Part shown: positions 1 to 9,655 of the stretch, piece by piece
Layout: every line of letters starts with the position of its first letter
Numbering within the stretch: position 1 is the stretch's first letter
DNA from: a virus
Reading direction: 5' to 3' (one strand)
DNA: 64,000 bases
IMG/VR virus record: IMGVR_UViG_3300035661_000011
Span: 1-64,000 of that record
Made by a program: the position numbers and the translations under genes
Notes under the pieces: model-generated
The model's database searches: none
Told to the model about the DNA's origin: nothing
What the model saw: the letters and a program-made list of their open reading frames with translations, nothing else

Positions 1-1
1 T

Positions 2-148
2 TATTGGATTAAAGAATCTGATAATAACTGTTACGATACGCGACAAGGATATAGTGAAAATCTAGCAGTTAAACTAGGCACTATGGTTAACAACACTACA
101 TTAATTAACACGCTGATATCACACAAAGTGGCTATCGGTAGATATTAA
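2..148 (+). CDS. 3' end of a gene running in from outside the window
   Basis: Frame from nt 2 is open for 48 codons (YWIKESD...IGRY) to TAA at 146-148. Confidence 0.6.
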   Translation, partial: YWIKESDNNCYDTRQGYSENLAVKLGTMVNNTTLINTLISHKVAIGRY

Positions 149-173
149 ACATTTAAATTAAGAGGTTAGTACC

Positions 174-776
174 ATGCCTGAAATATTGAAATTACTGGAA
201 GAAGAAGAGTTTAACTCTGTGTTAAATAAAACCGTATCGAAGGATGCACTCTATTCAGAGTGTGTTACACGTGTGGCTTCAGCAGATTATGAAACTATTG
301 CAAAACGTTTACATTGGACTAGTCCAACAGAACAAAAAATCGAAACGTTTATCGGCTTGTACATTTGGGTGCAACATAATTTCAACGTATCATATACCAA
401 TGCACTTAGTAATAACTACAGTAATCGGTTGACCGGTTTAAATAACACTTTAACTGGAAATAAACTGACACCGTATAAACTCTATATCGAGTTACACAAG
501 GTGTTACATTCTGCTGAATACAACCAGATAATACTAACCATTATAAGATGTTGGTACACTAAAGGGATGTCTGGTGGGAAAGTGCTTGCGACAACAATTC
601 AGTTACTTCGGCTATGTTCAGAGTGTCCATCAGTTTTTAATGGAGACATTGAAGTTTGGAAGGACGTACAACCGCCTCTAAGTTATATGTCTAAGTTTTT
701 AGAATTTACACAAGAATACATTACGCGCACTATAAAATCGTACAGGTCAGATGTAAACCTTAAATGGCCTCGTTAA
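174..776 (+). CDS. hypothetical protein
   Basis: 200-aa ORF with SD AGAGG upstream and a terminator downstream. Confidence 0.75.
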   Translation: MPEILKLLEEEEFNSVLNKTVSKDALYSECVTRVASADYETIAKRLHWTSPTEQKIETFIGLYIWVQHNFNVSYTNALSNNYSNRLTGLNNTLTGNKLTPYKLYIELHKVLHSAEYNQIILTIIRCWYTKGMSGGKVLATTIQLLRLCSECPSVFNGDIEVWKDVQPPLSYMSKFLEFTQEYITRTIKSYRSDVNLKWPR

Positions 777-797
777 GATAAATCGTTAAGTAGACAC

Positions 798-843
798 TAG
801 TGGGTACTTGGAATTAATTCCAAGTACCCACTATGTTTTTTTT
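798..843 (+). terminator. 36-bp perfect palindrome plus T-run
   Basis: tagtgggtacttggaatt|aattccaagtacccacta (798-833), then a T-run. Confidence 0.8.
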
Positions 844-920
844 ACCTACACCCCACCAATACTGTGACCTACAATACGCATATCGATTTAGATATGCATT
901 ACTCTAATTCACGGTGTGCC

Positions 921-3077
921 ATGATCTTGTTCTTAAACGATTGGGATAATTACCCAAAAGCTATAGTCGATACACAAACCACTAACACAACCTGGTTGCG
1001 TACTGCCAAACTTTTACAATCGATGGGTGTTAAAAATTACTATTTTCATTTAGCACTTTTTGATCCAACACTTCAAGGTGTAGACCCATTTTCACCAGAC
1101 TTAACAGCTGAACAAATCTTTCGTATACAACGGGAAATTAAAACTAACCCGTGGTACTACTTTAGAGAGATTGCCAGAATCCCCGATGGAAATAACCCGG
1201 TGCAGTTTAGATTGACAAGACCTATATTGGCGTTATTCTGGTGTATATTTGTAGGTATTACATTCTTCCTAATTATGCCTAGGCAGATTGGTAAGACTGC
1301 GGCTATGACACATATGCATAATTACCTTAGAGATTTTTATTACCGTAATCGTAGTACATTTCTTTTCACTAAAAGTAGTAAGCTATTAAAAGAAACAATT
1401 GGTGACATGAAAGCGTATCAGGATTTATACCCACCGTTAATCACACCAGTTATAAAACACGGTAAAAATAAAGACGCCGATAACTATGAGATAGTGACTT
1501 GTAATATGTGGAACAACACTACAGCCACTGACATTGGACATGAACCAGTGGTGGCAGCAGAGAACGTAGCACGTGGTGGTAAGTATCCGTTTATCCACGC
1601 GGATGAACCTTGTTGGACTGTTAACGCACATTTATCAATTCCACAGATGCAATTCGCCACAGGTGCATACAGAGAACAAGCTGAAGCCAATGGTGAAATT
1701 AACTGTGACGTGTACACTAGTACGCCCGGTTATTTAGACACTCCACATGGAGCATATGCATACAGTATGTTAATGGCAGGTATGTATTGGAATGACAGGT
1801 TATATGACTGTAACGATAAGTGTGAAGCTAGAGCAATGGTGATAAGTAATTCACCTAGTGGAAAATGTATTATTAATGGAACGTTTAACCATAGACAGTC
1901 TGGTAAAGATGATGCGTGGTTACGTAATCGTATATCTAAAACTACAGCTGATATTGAAAACATAGAAAACAACCTTTTAAACAAATGGTCTAAAGGTTCA
2001 CTAGCTATGCTTTTAACTAAGAAACAAGTTGACATTGTTTCACGGTCTGAGATGGACATACTGTACACTGACGTTAGTAGTGACAAATTCTTATTTGATT
2101 GGTTTATAGAAGAATCTGAAATTGCTAGTTTTATGGCTAATGGTCAGTTTGGTATTGGTCTTGATACTAGTCAAATTGTTGGACAAGATGCTAATGGTTT
2201 AGTGCTATTGGATTTTAAAGACTTAGCTGTAGTGGCTAGATGTCGAGTGACTGTTGGTAACATATTTACATACGTTGAATGGTTAGTTGCGGTGTTAATA
2301 GCATATCCTACTATAACGCTCATCATTGAGAATAAACAGTCTGCCCAGTCTATGCTAGACATTACTGTATTACGTTTAATAGAGGCGGGAATAGACCCCT
2401 TTAAACGCATATATAACCGTGTGGTTAGTGAACATGAATCTATGCCAGATGATTATGAGTTTATTAAGCTAAATTGGAGAAACCCAGCCACCTACACTAC
2501 GTATAAACACCTATTTGGTTTCTGTACCAATAAAGGAAATAGACAGTTCTTATATGACACAGTTATTCAGAATGCATTAGATTCAGCTGGTCATGTAGTG
2601 AGAGACCCACAACTATCAGAAGAATTACGTGGATTGATTGTTAAAAACCGTAGAGTGGATCACGCTAAGGGTGGACATGACGATTTAGTATTTGGGTGGA
2701 TGTTAGCACACTGGTTTATAAAGCATAGTAAGAACTTACAGTATTACGGTATAACGTCTTCATACGCTTTATCTATGGTGTCAGATAATGGTGCTGTGTT
2801 AACTACACATGAGTTAGCAAATCGTTGTACAGCTAACATATTGAAACTTGAGATTAATAAACTTAAAGAGAGTCTTAAACAAAGCACATCTGTAATTGAA
2901 AATTTACGGGATGAAAAAATATTAGCTATTAAGTTAAATGAGTTAAAGTTAACAGGAGACACTTCCTTATCTCTAGATTCAATAATGACAGAGATAACTG
3001 AGAATAAAGCAGGTAGAAACAATTTAAGAAATAGTATGGTGAAATTACAGCAACAACGTATGTATCACCGTAGATAA
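921..3077 (+). CDS. terL: terminase large subunit (phiKZ gp25-like)
   Basis: Walker A MPRQIGKT, Walker B IHADE, nuclease motifs GLDTS and HDDLVF. The N-terminus MILFxxDWxxYP typical of phiKZ-like terminases suggests the start is ATG 921, not 864. Confidence 0.93.
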   Translation: MILFLNDWDNYPKAIVDTQTTNTTWLRTAKLLQSMGVKNYYFHLALFDPTLQGVDPFSPDLTAEQIFRIQREIKTNPWYYFREIARIPDGNNPVQFRLTRPILALFWCIFVGITFFLIMPRQIGKTAAMTHMHNYLRDFYYRNRSTFLFTKSSKLLKETIGDMKAYQDLYPPLITPVIKHGKNKDADNYEIVTCNMWNNTTATDIGHEPVVAAENVARGGKYPFIHADEPCWTVNAHLSIPQMQFATGAYREQAEANGEINCDVYTSTPGYLDTPHGAYAYSMLMAGMYWNDRLYDCNDKCEARAMVISNSPSGKCIINGTFNHRQSGKDDAWLRNRISKTTADIENIENNLLNKWSKGSLAMLLTKKQVDIVSRSEMDILYTDVSSDKFLFDWFIEESEIASFMANGQFGIGLDTSQIVGQDANGLVLLDFKDLAVVARCRVTVGNIFTYVEWLVAVLIAYPTITLIIENKQSAQSMLDITVLRLIEAGIDPFKRIYNRVVSEHESMPDDYEFIKLNWRNPATYTTYKHLFGFCTNKGNRQFLYDTVIQNALDSAGHVVRDPQLSEELRGLIVKNRRVDHAKGGHDDLVFGWMLAHWFIKHSKNLQYYGITSSYALSMVSDNGAVLTTHELANRCTANILKLEINKLKESLKQSTSVIENLRDEKILAIKLNELKLTGDTSLSLDSIMTEITENKAGRNNLRNSMVKLQQQRMYHRR

Positions 3078-3107
3078 TTTCAACTGACTATACACCGAGA
3101 TATACAC

Positions 3108-3605
3108 ATGGATACTAAATCGTACGACTTTACAACCAAAGCTGGAACAATAGCTGCTATCAGAGAAGAGTGTGTCATACAAGGACTTACACTTAAACCA
3201 CAGATAGCTTATGTTTTAGCCACAACCGAACACGAAACTGGTGGTACATTTAAACCAGTTACAGAAGCATATTGGCTTAAAGATGCAGATGCATATTTAA
3301 AAATACACCATCCGGATTACTATCCGTATTATGGCAGAGGGTTCTGTCAGCTTACATGGGACTACAACTATAAGAAATACGGATTGTTACTTGGTATAGA
3401 CTTATTAACTCATCCAGAGAAAGCACTAGAGCCTAAAAACGCACTGTTTATATTAGTGCACGGTTTAAAGAATGGTGGGTTTAGTGGTAAAAGGTTACCA
3501 GATTATGTCAATGCAACTAAGACAGATTTCATTAACGCACGTAGATGTGTTAACGGTACTGATAAAGCTGAGCACATAGCTGAACTAGCTAAAAAATATA
3601 TGTAA
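3108..3605 (+). CDS. glycoside hydrolase family 19 (chitinase-like) endolysin
   Basis: Catalytic A-T-x-x-H-E-T (ATTEHETGG), YYGRGFCQLTWDYNY signature, ARRCVNG. Confidence 0.88.
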   Translation: MDTKSYDFTTKAGTIAAIREECVIQGLTLKPQIAYVLATTEHETGGTFKPVTEAYWLKDADAYLKIHHPDYYPYYGRGFCQLTWDYNYKKYGLLLGIDLLTHPEKALEPKNALFILVHGLKNGGFSGKRLPDYVNATKTDFINARRCVNGTDKAEHIAELAKKYM

Positions 3606-3620
3606 TGGTTTTAACGTTTA

Positions 3621-3654
3621 ATACCACGCCAACACAGCTGTGTTGGCGTGGTAT
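3621..3654. terminator. 34-bp perfect palindrome
   Basis: ataccacgccaacacag|ctgtgttggcgtggtat just after the lysin stop; no T-run. Confidence 0.65.
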
Positions 3655-3692
3655 ACTAAAACTACAGTGTAATTAAAATAAAGGAGTCTAAC

Positions 3693-4208
3693 ATGGCTAT
3701 CACTAAACCACCTGCTACAACTAATGTAACTTTTACAGAGTTGATGTCAGATGAAAAGTTTTATGGGTATTTAAAAATGTACCATTTTATTGCTACACCA
3801 AGTAAAATTAATCCGAGAATAATTGAGTATAGGGCACATGATTCAGTAAGTGACACAAATATACACGAGTTGCGAGATGAGACCATAGTGCTACTCAGAG
3901 ACGCCTTTAATGAGTATGCTCCAGATGGGTTTGAGTTTGTAGAGTTTAAGTTTGTACGCAAATCTCTTAATCCCCCAAAAATATCTCATCGTCCAGAAGA
4001 ACCTATTGTCTGCTTCTATAATGACGTGTCTAATGTAGTGGCATATAACCACGGAAAGGATATAACAAACACTACCTTAGGTATTAGGTTACGATTAGCT
4101 TTGGTGTGTGAATACCCACGGCTAAATGCCAATTACAAAACTATGTTATTAGTTAACATTGTACGCAAACCAATTAAAGATCCAGAATTTGAAATGTTAG
4201 AAATCTAA
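3693..4208 (+). CDS. hypothetical protein
   Basis: 171 aa, SD AAGGAG. Confidence 0.75.
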   Translation: MAITKPPATTNVTFTELMSDEKFYGYLKMYHFIATPSKINPRIIEYRAHDSVSDTNIHELRDETIVLLRDAFNEYAPDGFEFVEFKFVRKSLNPPKISHRPEEPIVCFYNDVSNVVAYNHGKDITNTTLGIRLRLALVCEYPRLNANYKTMLLVNIVRKPIKDPEFEMLEI

Positions 4209-4221
4209 AGACGGTAAAAAG

Positions 4222-4261
4222 CACTCACACCCACACAGTGTAAGCTGTGTGGGTGTGAGTG
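4222..4261. terminator. 17-bp stem hairpin
   Basis: cactcacacccacacag-tgtaag-ctgtgtgggtgtgagtg, preceded by an A-run. Confidence 0.7.
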
Positions 4262-4285
4262 TAAAAACACTTAAAACATTTAGAG

Positions 4286-4520
4286 GTAGGTATTCTTATC
4301 ACATTAGGTGCACACAGTGTTGGCATTCAAGTGTACACCGGCGTGATATCTAACATTACATTCATGGGCGCAATTAACTAGCGAGGTCAGACTAATCAAT
4401 TAGTGAATGTGGCGTACCGTAAGCGCGAATTATGTGCCGCTAATAAATGCAGGCTGGTGTAATGATTATAACGCCATCGCAATAAGCACGCAGTAAACAA
4501 TTTTTAACGCGCTTCGGTAC
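4286..4520 (+). ncRNA. candidate structured RNA or leader (unknown family)
   Basis: ORF-free, GC-richer than its flanks, three consecutive closed domains, e.g. gtaccg(t)aagcgcg pairing with cgcgcttcggtac. Strand assumed from neighbouring genes. Confidence 0.45.
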
Positions 4521-4582
4521 ATACTATTAACTACAACATATTTTTTTATGTACAAATAGAAATTCAATTTAGGAGATTTATC

Positions 4583-5008
4583 ATGAGATATTTTAACATT
4601 ATTAAAATCGGTACCCTGTCAGACAACGCACAATTCTCTGCATTGATTTCAGTTTCCTTAACCGGAAACACATTGATTGGCTTGTACGGTATAAACGATT
4701 CTATTTTAGTGCAGACTGTATACAGCCCGCTGATGGCGGGTATTGTTGAGCTGGATGCTCAACTCGACCGTCTGTTTAGTGACATGTTGGTGTTTGGAGT
4801 TCCAGCTGAAGTTGTTAACGGTAACGTTTCGGTTGCAGACGCAATTGAGGAAATGTTACAACACCCCGGTACCTGGGAGGGTTCCATTTACGAATGGCTT
4901 CTGGATTGGAGTGATGACAATGTGGTTGATTCCACAATTCAACAACTGGTTGAAGCCGGCGTTGATTTTAGTCGTAACCACACACTAGATGTCCCAAAGT
5001 GGACATAG
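4583..5008 (+). CDS. hypothetical acidic protein
   Basis: 141 aa, SD AGGAG, visibly GC-richer codons than its neighbours. Confidence 0.75.
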   Translation: MRYFNIIKIGTLSDNAQFSALISVSLTGNTLIGLYGINDSILVQTVYSPLMAGIVELDAQLDRLFSDMLVFGVPAEVVNGNVSVADAIEEMLQHPGTWEGSIYEWLLDWSDDNVVDSTIQQLVEAGVDFSRNHTLDVPKWT

Positions 5009-5145
5009 TAGTCACTAAACTCGAAAAACCCACCCATCCACAATAGACCGAACACTCTGGTGTGTGCAACTGTTGTGGTGTAACCTACGGGTATGGTAGA
5101 GCCGGGGACACGTCTGGTTACTGTTGCAAATGTAACTAACTGTTT

Positions 5146-5201
5146 TTGTGGATAGGTGTTTGGGAACACCTATCCACAACCCCCATATACCTTGTTTTTT
5201 T
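5146..5201. terminator. hairpin between convergent genes
   Basis: ttgtggataggtgtt-tggg-aacacctatccacaa, with a downstream T-run. Confidence 0.7.
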
Positions 5202-6431
5202 TTACTTTGCTAACAACGCACGTAAAGCTATATAAAAGACTACAGCTATTCGTGTACTAACTACTACGTTTACATGGACGTTAACCAATGAATGTTCTGT
5301 AATGAAATCTATCTTTTCTTTAATGTCATCATATTCACTTGATTTGAATCTACTAGAGGATAACACATTCTTTAATTTGTTTGCTACTTCCGGTATATTT
5401 GTTAGATGTATATTTTCTCGTTTTAATAACGTTAATGTAAACATTATAATCTCATCGACTAATTCCGGTATATCAATGTGATGTCCTTTTATCTTTGTAG
5501 CTGTGTAATTCTCTGACATAAATTGTAACACTTTAGTCAGATAGAATTCAGTTGCCGTTTTAACCGTTAATACAACTGCTTCTACTAAATCAGTTTTAAT
5601 AAAGTTATTCTTATCTGGAACAATGTGATACATTGCGTTTTTTGTATGAGCATAAGAGTTAACTGAATCCTTTAGAATAGCTTCTCCTTCTAAAACAGTA
5701 AATTTAGATGTAGTAATTAATTTACTTTGTTTTTCTTTAATCTCATAGAACTTATCAGTGAGACTCTGTACTAACGAACGTAAACGTGTACTGATGTCAT
5801 TTAAAGCAGCAACCAACCCTAAGTCTGGTTCAAGTGTTCTAATCGTCTTAGCGTGTAATGCATCGTGTGCTAATATACTTTCTGCTCTGTCATCTAACAT
5901 AGCTTGCCATGAACCAAATCTTTTTAGTTGAGATTTATTATCCAGAGATTCATAAACCATCTGAGCTATTCCTTCATCAGCTGGATATGGAAATCTACGT
6001 GTATGTAAACTACTAAGGATTTTATACTGCAATCCCATTAAAGCAGCTGTAGCTAATATCATTTTTTCTTTTTCTGGTAAGTCAGAAATCAATGCCCTAT
6101 AGACTACCCAAAGGAACGATAAGTTAATTGCATCGGATGAAACCTTATATGAACGATTGATATCTGGTAGGTCATATAAGTCAGACTGTAACTTATCATA
6201 ATCAATAATTTCTAAGACTTCATGTTTCCACATATAAAAATCTTCATTAACCATTACAAATGGATAAGTTCCAATTAAGTTCCCACCTAAGAAATTAATA
6301 TGGTCTCTTAATCTATCTGATTTTCTAGCTATGTTTCTAACCCAGGTAACTACGGCTAGTGAAAACTTTCTATCAATTGGTCTGGTGCAGTGTTCATTGA
6401 ATATAGCTAGAACGGAATGTTCTTTAATCAT
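5202..6431 (-). CDS. conserved phiKZ-like protein, function unknown (probably virion or late)
   Basis: 409-aa ORF, SD AAGGA; motifs FPYPADEGIAQMVY and LKRFGSWQAML resemble a conserved phiKZ-group core protein. Confidence 0.6.
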   Translation of the reverse strand: MIKEHSVLAIFNEHCTRPIDRKFSLAVVTWVRNIARKSDRLRDHINFLGGNLIGTYPFVMVNEDFYMWKHEVLEIIDYDKLQSDLYDLPDINRSYKVSSDAINLSFLWVVYRALISDLPEKEKMILATAALMGLQYKILSSLHTRRFPYPADEGIAQMVYESLDNKSQLKRFGSWQAMLDDRAESILAHDALHAKTIRTLEPDLGLVAALNDISTRLRSLVQSLTDKFYEIKEKQSKLITTSKFTVLEGEAILKDSVNSYAHTKNAMYHIVPDKNNFIKTDLVEAVVLTVKTATEFYLTKVLQFMSENYTATKIKGHHIDIPELVDEIIMFTLTLLKRENIHLTNIPEVANKLKNVLSSSRFKSSEYDDIKEKIDFITEHSLVNVHVNVVVSTRIAVVFYIALRALLAK

Positions 6432-6472
6432 TGTAGTTTCCTTCTTAAACTATGAGTGTTCTGTATATAAGA

Positions 6473-6650
6473 TTTACTACCGTCCCATTGATTTCAATTT
6501 GATACACCTACATATCCACGCATTAATGCGTGGATATGTAAACTCAATAAATACTTATTTATATATCATCTATGGGAGTTAACAATTTAGTTTCTCACGT
6601 TGCTATTACGGGTTAATAGTTTATTCTATAGGTACAATGTTATGAAAAAT
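6473..6650 (+). repeat. copy 1 of a duplicated terminator + promoter + leader cassette
   Basis: 6486-6572 matches 56376-56462 with one mismatch; weaker similarity continues to ATGAAAAAT. Confidence 0.92.
6561..6571 (+). promoter_or_regulatory. ATATAT(T/C)ATCT promoter motif (putative early)
   Basis: atatatcatct; same motif found at 11 other intergenic sites. Confidence 0.7.
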
Positions 6651-7202
6651 TTAAATTCTGTTTTAGATTCAGAAACTTTAGAAATGGCAAAAGTCTTGCC
6701 ACTTTTAATAACCTCAACAAATTCTGAAACGTTAACCCGTAACTGGGTTAATGGTAAGCGTTTGTCTCGCAAAAACCCACTCACCATCTTTATGGTTGGT
6801 GGGCTGTTAAAGATGGTTCATGAAGATTTAGTTCATCTTCGACTTAACCAAACCATCGAGTTGTCGTTAGAATTCGACACTGCGGTTTCAGCAGTGTTTG
6901 CAGTTGTTGAATTTTCCAAATTTGATGTCAGTAAGATAGACATCGATAAATTGTGGCACGATATATCGTGCCATGTAAATGTTTATTTGGTGGAGCGTAA
7001 TGCTCCACGTTTCATAGGTAGAGTGTGGGACTCTATCGGAAGTGTACTTTATAAAGTAGATTCGTCTGTAGCTCACTCAGTTGAATCTCAGCTCGGTAAA
7101 CACATCGTACACCATGTTATGACGGTACTGGAACGTATCATCCCAAAAACAAAATGGTCATGGTTAGACCGCGTGGGAGGTAGTCGTGGTAGTCGTGGAT
7201 GA
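6642..7202 (+). CDS. hypothetical protein
   Basis: ATG 6642 chosen by analogy with the duplicated cassette upstream of 56534. Confidence 0.7.
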   Translation: MKNLNSVLDSETLEMAKVLPLLITSTNSETLTRNWVNGKRLSRKNPLTIFMVGGLLKMVHEDLVHLRLNQTIELSLEFDTAVSAVFAVVEFSKFDVSKIDIDKLWHDISCHVNVYLVERNAPRFIGRVWDSIGSVLYKVDSSVAHSVESQLGKHIVHHVMTVLERIIPKTKWSWLDRVGGSRGSRG

Positions 7203-7518
7203 TGGGGTAAGTAAGTATGTCACGTTCATCCCAGTAAGAGCTGGGAGTTGGACGTGTATCGTTTATGCAACACACAACTACGTCACTAATAAATTTACCA
7301 TTAATGATGTGGCTCCAGGTAAGAATGGAGAAGTTCCAGATTGGAAATCTCTAGATGGTGTGGAGTTTAACTGTAAACGTGATATACGTGATACAGTTAA
7401 ACAGCTCTTGCTTAAAGCGAGAGATAACATTGAAGAGGGGTACATGGCGATTACAGTTATTGTGCCCCGTAAGAAGATATTGGAGGTACATAAGTACATC
7501 CATAATTTAGAAGCATAG
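7186..7518 (+). CDS. hypothetical protein
   Basis: 110 aa, GGAGG upstream, overlaps the previous stop, followed by a terminator. Confidence 0.7.
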   Translation: MVVVDDGVSKYVTFIPVRAGSWTCIVYATHNYVTNKFTINDVAPGKNGEVPDWKSLDGVEFNCKRDIRDTVKQLLLKARDNIEEGYMAITVIVPRKKILEVHKYIHNLEA

Positions 7519-7523
7519 CAGTT

Positions 7524-7570
7524 TGTGTGGACTTGAGATTAATCTCAAGTCCACACATTGTTTTTTTTTG
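7524..7570. terminator. 34-bp perfect palindrome plus T-run between convergent genes
   Basis: tgtgtggacttgagatt|aatctcaagtccacaca. Confidence 0.8.
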
Positions 7571-7571
7571 T

Positions 7572-8315
7572 TTAAGATGGAACGATTGAACGTATGTGTC
7601 TACTGTATGCTGTTTTATCCGCCATGAAACTAATCGGAATATACTCTTTCATTTTATCATTATACATACTAGCTGCATCTGAATAAGATTCAACTAACGC
7701 TTCAATGTAAGGTAAGTCTTCCCCGTTCTTTACAATAGCATTCTTTAATCTAATTCCACCATTTGTATAAATGTACATCTTAGTAGCTAATATAACCGCC
7801 TCGGCTAAAAACGGTAATACCCTTGGGTTTGTATCATTTAAGAAAGAATCGTGCTCTAACACCACTCTCATCGTCATAATTGGCATACCCACATATCCAT
7901 CTAAGTACACTGTGTTTTTACCTACTAGTTGTACTCGTGAATCACCAACTATCATTGGATCTGATACAGCAGAAGCTATAGTTGGTTTAATACTACCAAC
8001 CCCAGCGTAACCATACCCCACATCTAAAACGGACATAATTTCTTTTCCATTAGTGGGACCGTATCCAATCTTATAAATTTGCCCAGTGGTCGTATGTTCC
8101 ACTTTACAACCTTGTACATTTATTTGTTCTTCTTTACCAGCTGTAACATTCATATCCATAATGAGAATGTCTAATATAATCTCCTGTGTTATTCTTGCAT
8201 CTAGTGTAATTGGTACCCCATCATATTTTTGCATCCCTTGTACAAAAATCATGTTTAGTAAGGGTAGTGGTATCTCGCGTTTAATTCGTTGCAACAGATA
8301 GCTTCTATGGTTCAT
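7572..8315 (-). CDS. conserved phiKZ-like protein, possibly virion structural
   Basis: 247-aa ORF divergent from phuZ; motifs IKREIP and LATKMYIY recall a phiKZ-group core gene. Confidence 0.55.
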   Translation of the reverse strand: MNHRSYLLQRIKREIPLPLLNMIFVQGMQKYDGVPITLDARITQEIILDILIMDMNVTAGKEEQINVQGCKVEHTTTGQIYKIGYGPTNGKEIMSVLDVGYGYAGVGSIKPTIASAVSDPMIVGDSRVQLVGKNTVYLDGYVGMPIMTMRVVLEHDSFLNDTNPRVLPFLAEAVILATKMYIYTNGGIRLKNAIVKNGEDLPYIEALVESYSDAASMYNDKMKEYIPISFMADKTAYSRHIRSIVPS

Positions 8316-8376
8316 AAATGCAGCCTTTAATATTAATGGTACACCACAATAGTGTAGATTGAAAGATTACTTAGGT

Positions 8377-8387
8377 ATATATTATCT
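8377..8387 (+). promoter_or_regulatory. ATATATTATCT promoter upstream of the phuZ unit
   Basis: Exact motif, followed by hairpin tagtaaagt-aatcg-actttgcta. Confidence 0.72.
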
Positions 8388-8440
8388 ATGTAGTAAAGTA
8401 ATCGACTTTGCTATTTAAACTCATTTAATTGGAGAACACA

Positions 8441-8566
8441 ATGTCAAATACCGAAAATGAAATAGTGGACGCTATCACTGATCCAGAAATACATTTTACT
8501 TTAACTAACCGTCTGTTCGAACTGGAAAAAAGACTTGCTGTTTGCTACGACGCATTTGGCAAATAA
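8441..8566 (+). CDS. small 41-aa protein (not in ORF track)
   Basis: SD GGAG, ATG 8441, MSNTENEIVDAITDPEIHFTLTNRLFELEKRLAVCYDAFGK*. Confidence 0.6.
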   Translation: MSNTENEIVDAITDPEIHFTLTNRLFELEKRLAVCYDAFGK

Positions 8567-8634
8567 CAATTAACTTTACTATGTGCGGGTAACACCGTAT
8601 AAACATTTTAACAATAAACAAAGGAAATATTACC

Positions 8635-9585
8635 ATGTCAAAAAATGTAACTAACGTGTATCTATTCGGTGGCTGTGGACTGTCTTTAGGTGCAGCCTGC
8701 GATATTGAACAAGTGGGTGATTTCAGTGGTTTTGGTCAGCCAAATATGATTTACTTTGACTCGTCTAAATCAAATTTACCTGGTGGTGAAAACAATGTAA
8801 CGCTTCGCTCAGGCACCGATGGTTTCGGTAAAGACCGTGAAGAAGCAAAACGTTTATTGGGCGATTCAGTAGATCCATTTTTACGAGCCAATCCACCAAC
8901 TGAATTTAACATTTTAGTGTTTTCTTTATCTGGTGGTACTGGTTCAGTGATTGGACCTATGGTGGTTGAAGCCATAAACCGACTTGGTAAATCTACTGTA
9001 TCAATCGTTGTCCAAGCGGCAGATTGTGAAAAGTCAACCAGTAACACATTGGAAACCATCCGTGATCTGAATAAGATTTCTAACCGTTTGAAAAAGCCAG
9101 TTGTTGTTAGTTTCCATGACAACTTCGGCCCAGACTGTACAATGGAAACTGTAAACAAAGCTATTCATCAAGAGTTACGCACGATGATGATTTTATGCAG
9201 TCACCAAAACGTAGGTCTCGATAGTAGTGATATGGAAAAGTTACTCGATTACACTAAGGTCGTTCCCGGTGTGAAACATCGCCTTGTTGACTTGTTAATT
9301 AATTTCGGTAATGAATTGGAAGTCTCCGGTGCTATCTCAGCAATTTCATTACTGGTTGATGCACAGTCACCACAGCTTAACATCATAAAACATTGGGGTA
9401 AGAATGCGTTCATCCCAGCATCTACTACCAATGCTACAAAAGTGCCTATGACCGATATGCACTTTATCACAACGCCTGTACTTATGGCGAATCGCATGCT
9501 TGAACTGGAAAAATATATTTCACACTTTCCAGCACATTTAAAATCTATGGAGGAAGCATCGTACGACTTCGGTGACGATGAATAA
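8635..9585 (+). CDS. phuZ: PhuZ phage tubulin
   Basis: Tubulin/FtsZ motifs GGCG, DGFGKDR, SLSGGTGSVIGP and GLDSSD; 316 aa; phiKZ-like context. Confidence 0.95.
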   Translation: MSKNVTNVYLFGGCGLSLGAACDIEQVGDFSGFGQPNMIYFDSSKSNLPGGENNVTLRSGTDGFGKDREEAKRLLGDSVDPFLRANPPTEFNILVFSLSGGTGSVIGPMVVEAINRLGKSTVSIVVQAADCEKSTSNTLETIRDLNKISNRLKKPVVVSFHDNFGPDCTMETVNKAIHQELRTMMILCSHQNVGLDSSDMEKLLDYTKVVPGVKHRLVDLLINFGNELEVSGAISAISLLVDAQSPQLNIIKHWGKNAFIPASTTNATKVPMTDMHFITTPVLMANRMLELEKYISHFPAHLKSMEEASYDFGDDE

Positions 9586-9599
9586 CCAGTAAGCTTTAG

Positions 9600-9626
9600 A
9601 GGAGTGGGTTTAACCCACTCCTTTAT
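9600..9626 (+). terminator. palindromic hairpin after phuZ
   Basis: aggagtgggtt-t-aacccactcct. Confidence 0.65.
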
Positions 9627-9655
9627 TACTCTATTTTTTTACGGACAATTCGAAT

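Noticed and set aside
4286-5145. Retron, group II intron or tmRNA interpretation of the structured locus
   Set aside because: No reverse transcriptase in the window, and no domain V, group I core or tRNA-like ends.
4939-5169. 76-aa minus-strand ORF explaining the GC-rich 3' segment
   Set aside because: It starts inside the terminator hairpin, has no SD and overlaps the 4583 gene; base-pairing explains the segment better.
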